A DNA stretch of 64,000 bases from positions 216,008,001 through 216,072,000 of the forward strand of contig OZ024741.1 of the NCBI GenBank assembly GCA_964016885.1, written 5' to 3'. Both the position numbers and the translations under genes were made by a program. Within the stretch, counting starts at the first letter, position 1; the number at the start of each line of letters is the position of its first letter. Below the pieces are notes generated by a model. It saw nothing but the letters and a program-made list of their open reading frames with translations, was not told where the DNA came from and made no database searches. This document shows positions 61,479 to 64,000 of the stretch, piece after piece. The DNA is from Eledone cirrhosa. Its lineage: Eukaryota.

Positions 61479-61486
<8 letters not shown>
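61097..61486. repeat. Fold-back with arms of about 188 bp, carrying an atypical HHR-like motif at 61335-61370
   Basis: 61097-61284 versus 61299-61486. Motif: ttt-TTGAAAA-gcatt/aga/aatgc-GCAA-cccgtA-aaa. Confidence 0.93.
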
Positions 61487-61573
<87 letters not shown>

Positions 61574-61730
61574 ATTAGGTATTAGGATTGGTGCTCTAAA
61601 ATGAATGTATGTATAGTATATTTGGCAATATACTGTATGTTTAATTAAAAACATTTAGAAGACCATACGCTATCGGATTTAAAGTAGTGACTATGTCACT
61701 TACTTATTTTCGGCAAAAGAAGGGAGAAAA

Positions 61731-61769
61731 GCTAACAGTCTGTTTCACGCTGTTGGCGATCATCAGAGC
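61731..61769 (-). ncRNA. Hammerhead ribozyme inside a module with 300-bp-spaced direct repeats (61579, 61879)
   Basis: Minus strand: gct-CTGATGA-t-cgc/caaca/gcg-t-GAAAcag/a/ctgtT-agc. Confidence 0.8.
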
Positions 61770-62023
61770 AACGCTCTCCCCGTTTTCGCCGAAAATTATA
61801 GAAGACGGATTCTCATATAATTCCAGTAATAATCAGGAGCTGATTATACAGAGCGATTGCTGGTCTAACAAAAATTAAGTATTAGGATTGGTGCTCTGAA
61901 ATAGAGATGTGTACATGAATATATATGTATATATATACATATATATATTCATATATATATGTGTGTGTGTGTAAGAATGCACACCTACACACATATATAT
62001 ATACACATTATATATATATAGAT

Positions 62024-62054
<31 letters not shown>

Positions 62055-62143
62055 CATATGTACGTATGGGTTATATTGAACATGTTATGCTCGATATAAC
62101 CCATACGTACATATGTATATATATATGTGTGTGTGTGTGTGTG

Positions 62144-62182
<39 letters not shown>

Positions 62183-62186
<4 letters not shown>

Positions 62187-62357
62187 CCATCCCGCCCGTC
62201 CCCTTAATCTATTTTATTTCTCATGCTTTCTTCTGATGACGGACTAGCGTCCGAAACGTTAAGACCCTCTTCCTGCTATATCAAGTGTTAACCTAATATA
62301 CACCTTCCATATACTGTACCGATTGTGTTGTTATTTCTGTTTACCTTTTACATACAT
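62183..62357 (+). mobile_element. HHR-bearing short element of about 175 bp between TA tracts (HHR 62229-62264)
   Basis: tctt-CTGATGA-c-ggac/tagc/gtcc-GAAA-cgtT-aaga. Paralogue of 38046-38225. Confidence 0.85.
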
Positions 62358-62359
62358 CT

Positions 62360-62392
<33 letters not shown>

Positions 62393-62477
62393 GTAATAAT
62401 AATAAAATTGAAGACTAAAATCCAAAGAGGGTTCGATAAGGAAAATATATATCAAATATATAAGAACCGAAGAGCAA

Positions 62478-63330
62478 ATATTTATTAAAATAACAGATTA
62501 AAGTTTAAGCAAAGAATCGCTGCTTTCACCCTTAACGGGATCTTCTGAAACTAACAAAGTCAATCTGTAAACGCAGAACTGGATATTTCAAAAAACGTTG
62601 CAACCGGAGGAAGACAGGAAGACGATACTTTGGTTCGTGGTAACGTTCGCTGGCAAAGAACGGGAAAAAACGAATAATACGTCATTAATAGGAGCGGTGA
62701 AAAACAATTACGCGCAAAGACAGAACCACCATTATGGTATAAAAGAGGTCGTAGACTAATGTTCTCTTAGGTGGTGCATAGAGACGTTCTCTGGCAATGA
62801 ACGAAAAAACGAAGATAATAAGTGATATGTGGAGCGTGGAGAACAATAGCAAGCAAAGACAAAACCAGGTAAATGGTATAGCAGAAGTCGTAGACTAAAA
62901 TTCTAACTAGGAGACCAAATGAATCTCCGCTACAGAGTGAAAGCAACGATTCTTTGCTTAAACTTTAATCTGTTATTTTAATAAATATAGTATGTTGAGA
63001 GAGATATAGTGTGCCATCAATAAAACAAGGAAAACCACCAGTGTATGGAATCTATAACCTATGGAAGGCTGGGTAGACACAAAATAATTAAAGATATAAA
63101 TTAAAATGCATATACACACCTCTATAACTATAATATAGGCTATTCTATTTCAGTCAACAACTTCCAGGCGAAACAGATCTCTTTGGATTTGAACGCGTGT
63201 GTTATATATTTATAGAGGTGCATTTTAATTTATATCTTTAATTATTGTGTGTCTACCCAGCCTTCCATAGGTTAGAGTTTCCATGCACTGGTGGTTTTCC
63301 CTGTTTTATTGATGGCACACTATCTCTCTC
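62478..63330. repeat. Two adjacent inverted-repeat structures (62478-62530 / 62937-62989 and 62997-63127 / 63211-63330)
   Basis: Reverse-complement arm pairs are visible. An HHR-like remnant, CAGAAGA-t-ccc/gttaa/ggg-t-GAAA, lies on minus at about 62520-62550. Confidence 0.85.
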
Positions 63331-63443
63331 TAGCGTGTTACCCTTTCAACATATTGTATTTTAAAGAGCTCGGGATTCCTTTTCCTTTGAGCACATTATT
63401 TACAGGGAATAACGAGAGTCTATGGCTCCGTTAATTTATCGTG

Positions 63444-63496
<53 letters not shown>

Positions 63497-63708
63497 GAGA
63501 AGAAAGAATACTGCGCGATTGCACATGAGTTACATGTGATAAAAATAGTCCTTCGTCAGTGATTTTCCAACCTTCATTGGTATTTCATCGCATTAAAAAT
63601 CATATACCTCCGGTTGGTGCGAGCAATAGCTAAATAAAGCTATTGGGACAAGTAAATCGCGTAAAGCGAGTGAGACAAGTAAACAACATAGAAGGATGAA
63701 AGAAGAAC

Positions 63709-63741
<33 letters not shown>

Positions 63742-64000
63742 AGTTTGTTTGTTTTTATGCGTGTGTCTACGACAGGTTTCCATATTTCACTCACAAGTCA
63801 CAGGCTACAGTTGTAGACAATTGCTGAAGTGGTCACACAGTGGAACTGTACTCGAAACCACATAGCCATGATTCATACTTATTTACTCATATATTTTGCT
63901 CAGATACGATTGGTTATTGCGACCCAAATTAATGAGCTCCTATAATTAGAGTAATGAAAGAACATAATTAAATCAATGAGAACAGGGGATCAATTTAATG

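Noticed and set aside
63490-63570. CTGACGA-aggac on minus as an HHR (also CTGATGA at 18753 and CTGAAGA at 9711)
   Set aside because: There is no closing stem II followed by GAAA and no stem I/III pairing.

Overview
AT-rich animal (eukaryotic) DNA saturated with (TA)n, (CA)n, (GA)n, (AAT)n and (GATA)n microsatellites and with retroelement debris. The SINE and microsatellite make-up suggests a cephalopod such as Octopus; this is an inference. I recognise no host protein-coding gene, and most track ORFs are translations of simple repeats. Recognisable elements are: five Penelope-like element (PLE) bodies, one with an uninterrupted RT plus GIY-YIG frame; one decayed CR1/L2-type LINE; four copies of a Tx1/L1-type LINE, three beside (GATA)n-like tracts; two RTE 3' stubs; a Gypsy element lacking RT/RNase H; many tRNA-derived SINEs; and a probable non-autonomous Helitron. 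The most striking hidden layer is about 20 loci with minimal type-I hammerhead ribozyme (HHR) motifs or remnants, including recurrent non-canonical cores (UUGAAAA, CCGANGA, U10.1/U11.1, GCAA). They sit in short non-coding modules, mostly wedged into (TA)n tracts. About 13 long fold-back structures and several head-to-tail repeats occur alongside them, and one fold-back is directly homologous to the 3' end of a PLE in this window. Together these look like a (TA)n-targeted system of PLE-derived ribozyme and hairpin elements. All coordinates and alignments were read by eye and are approximate.
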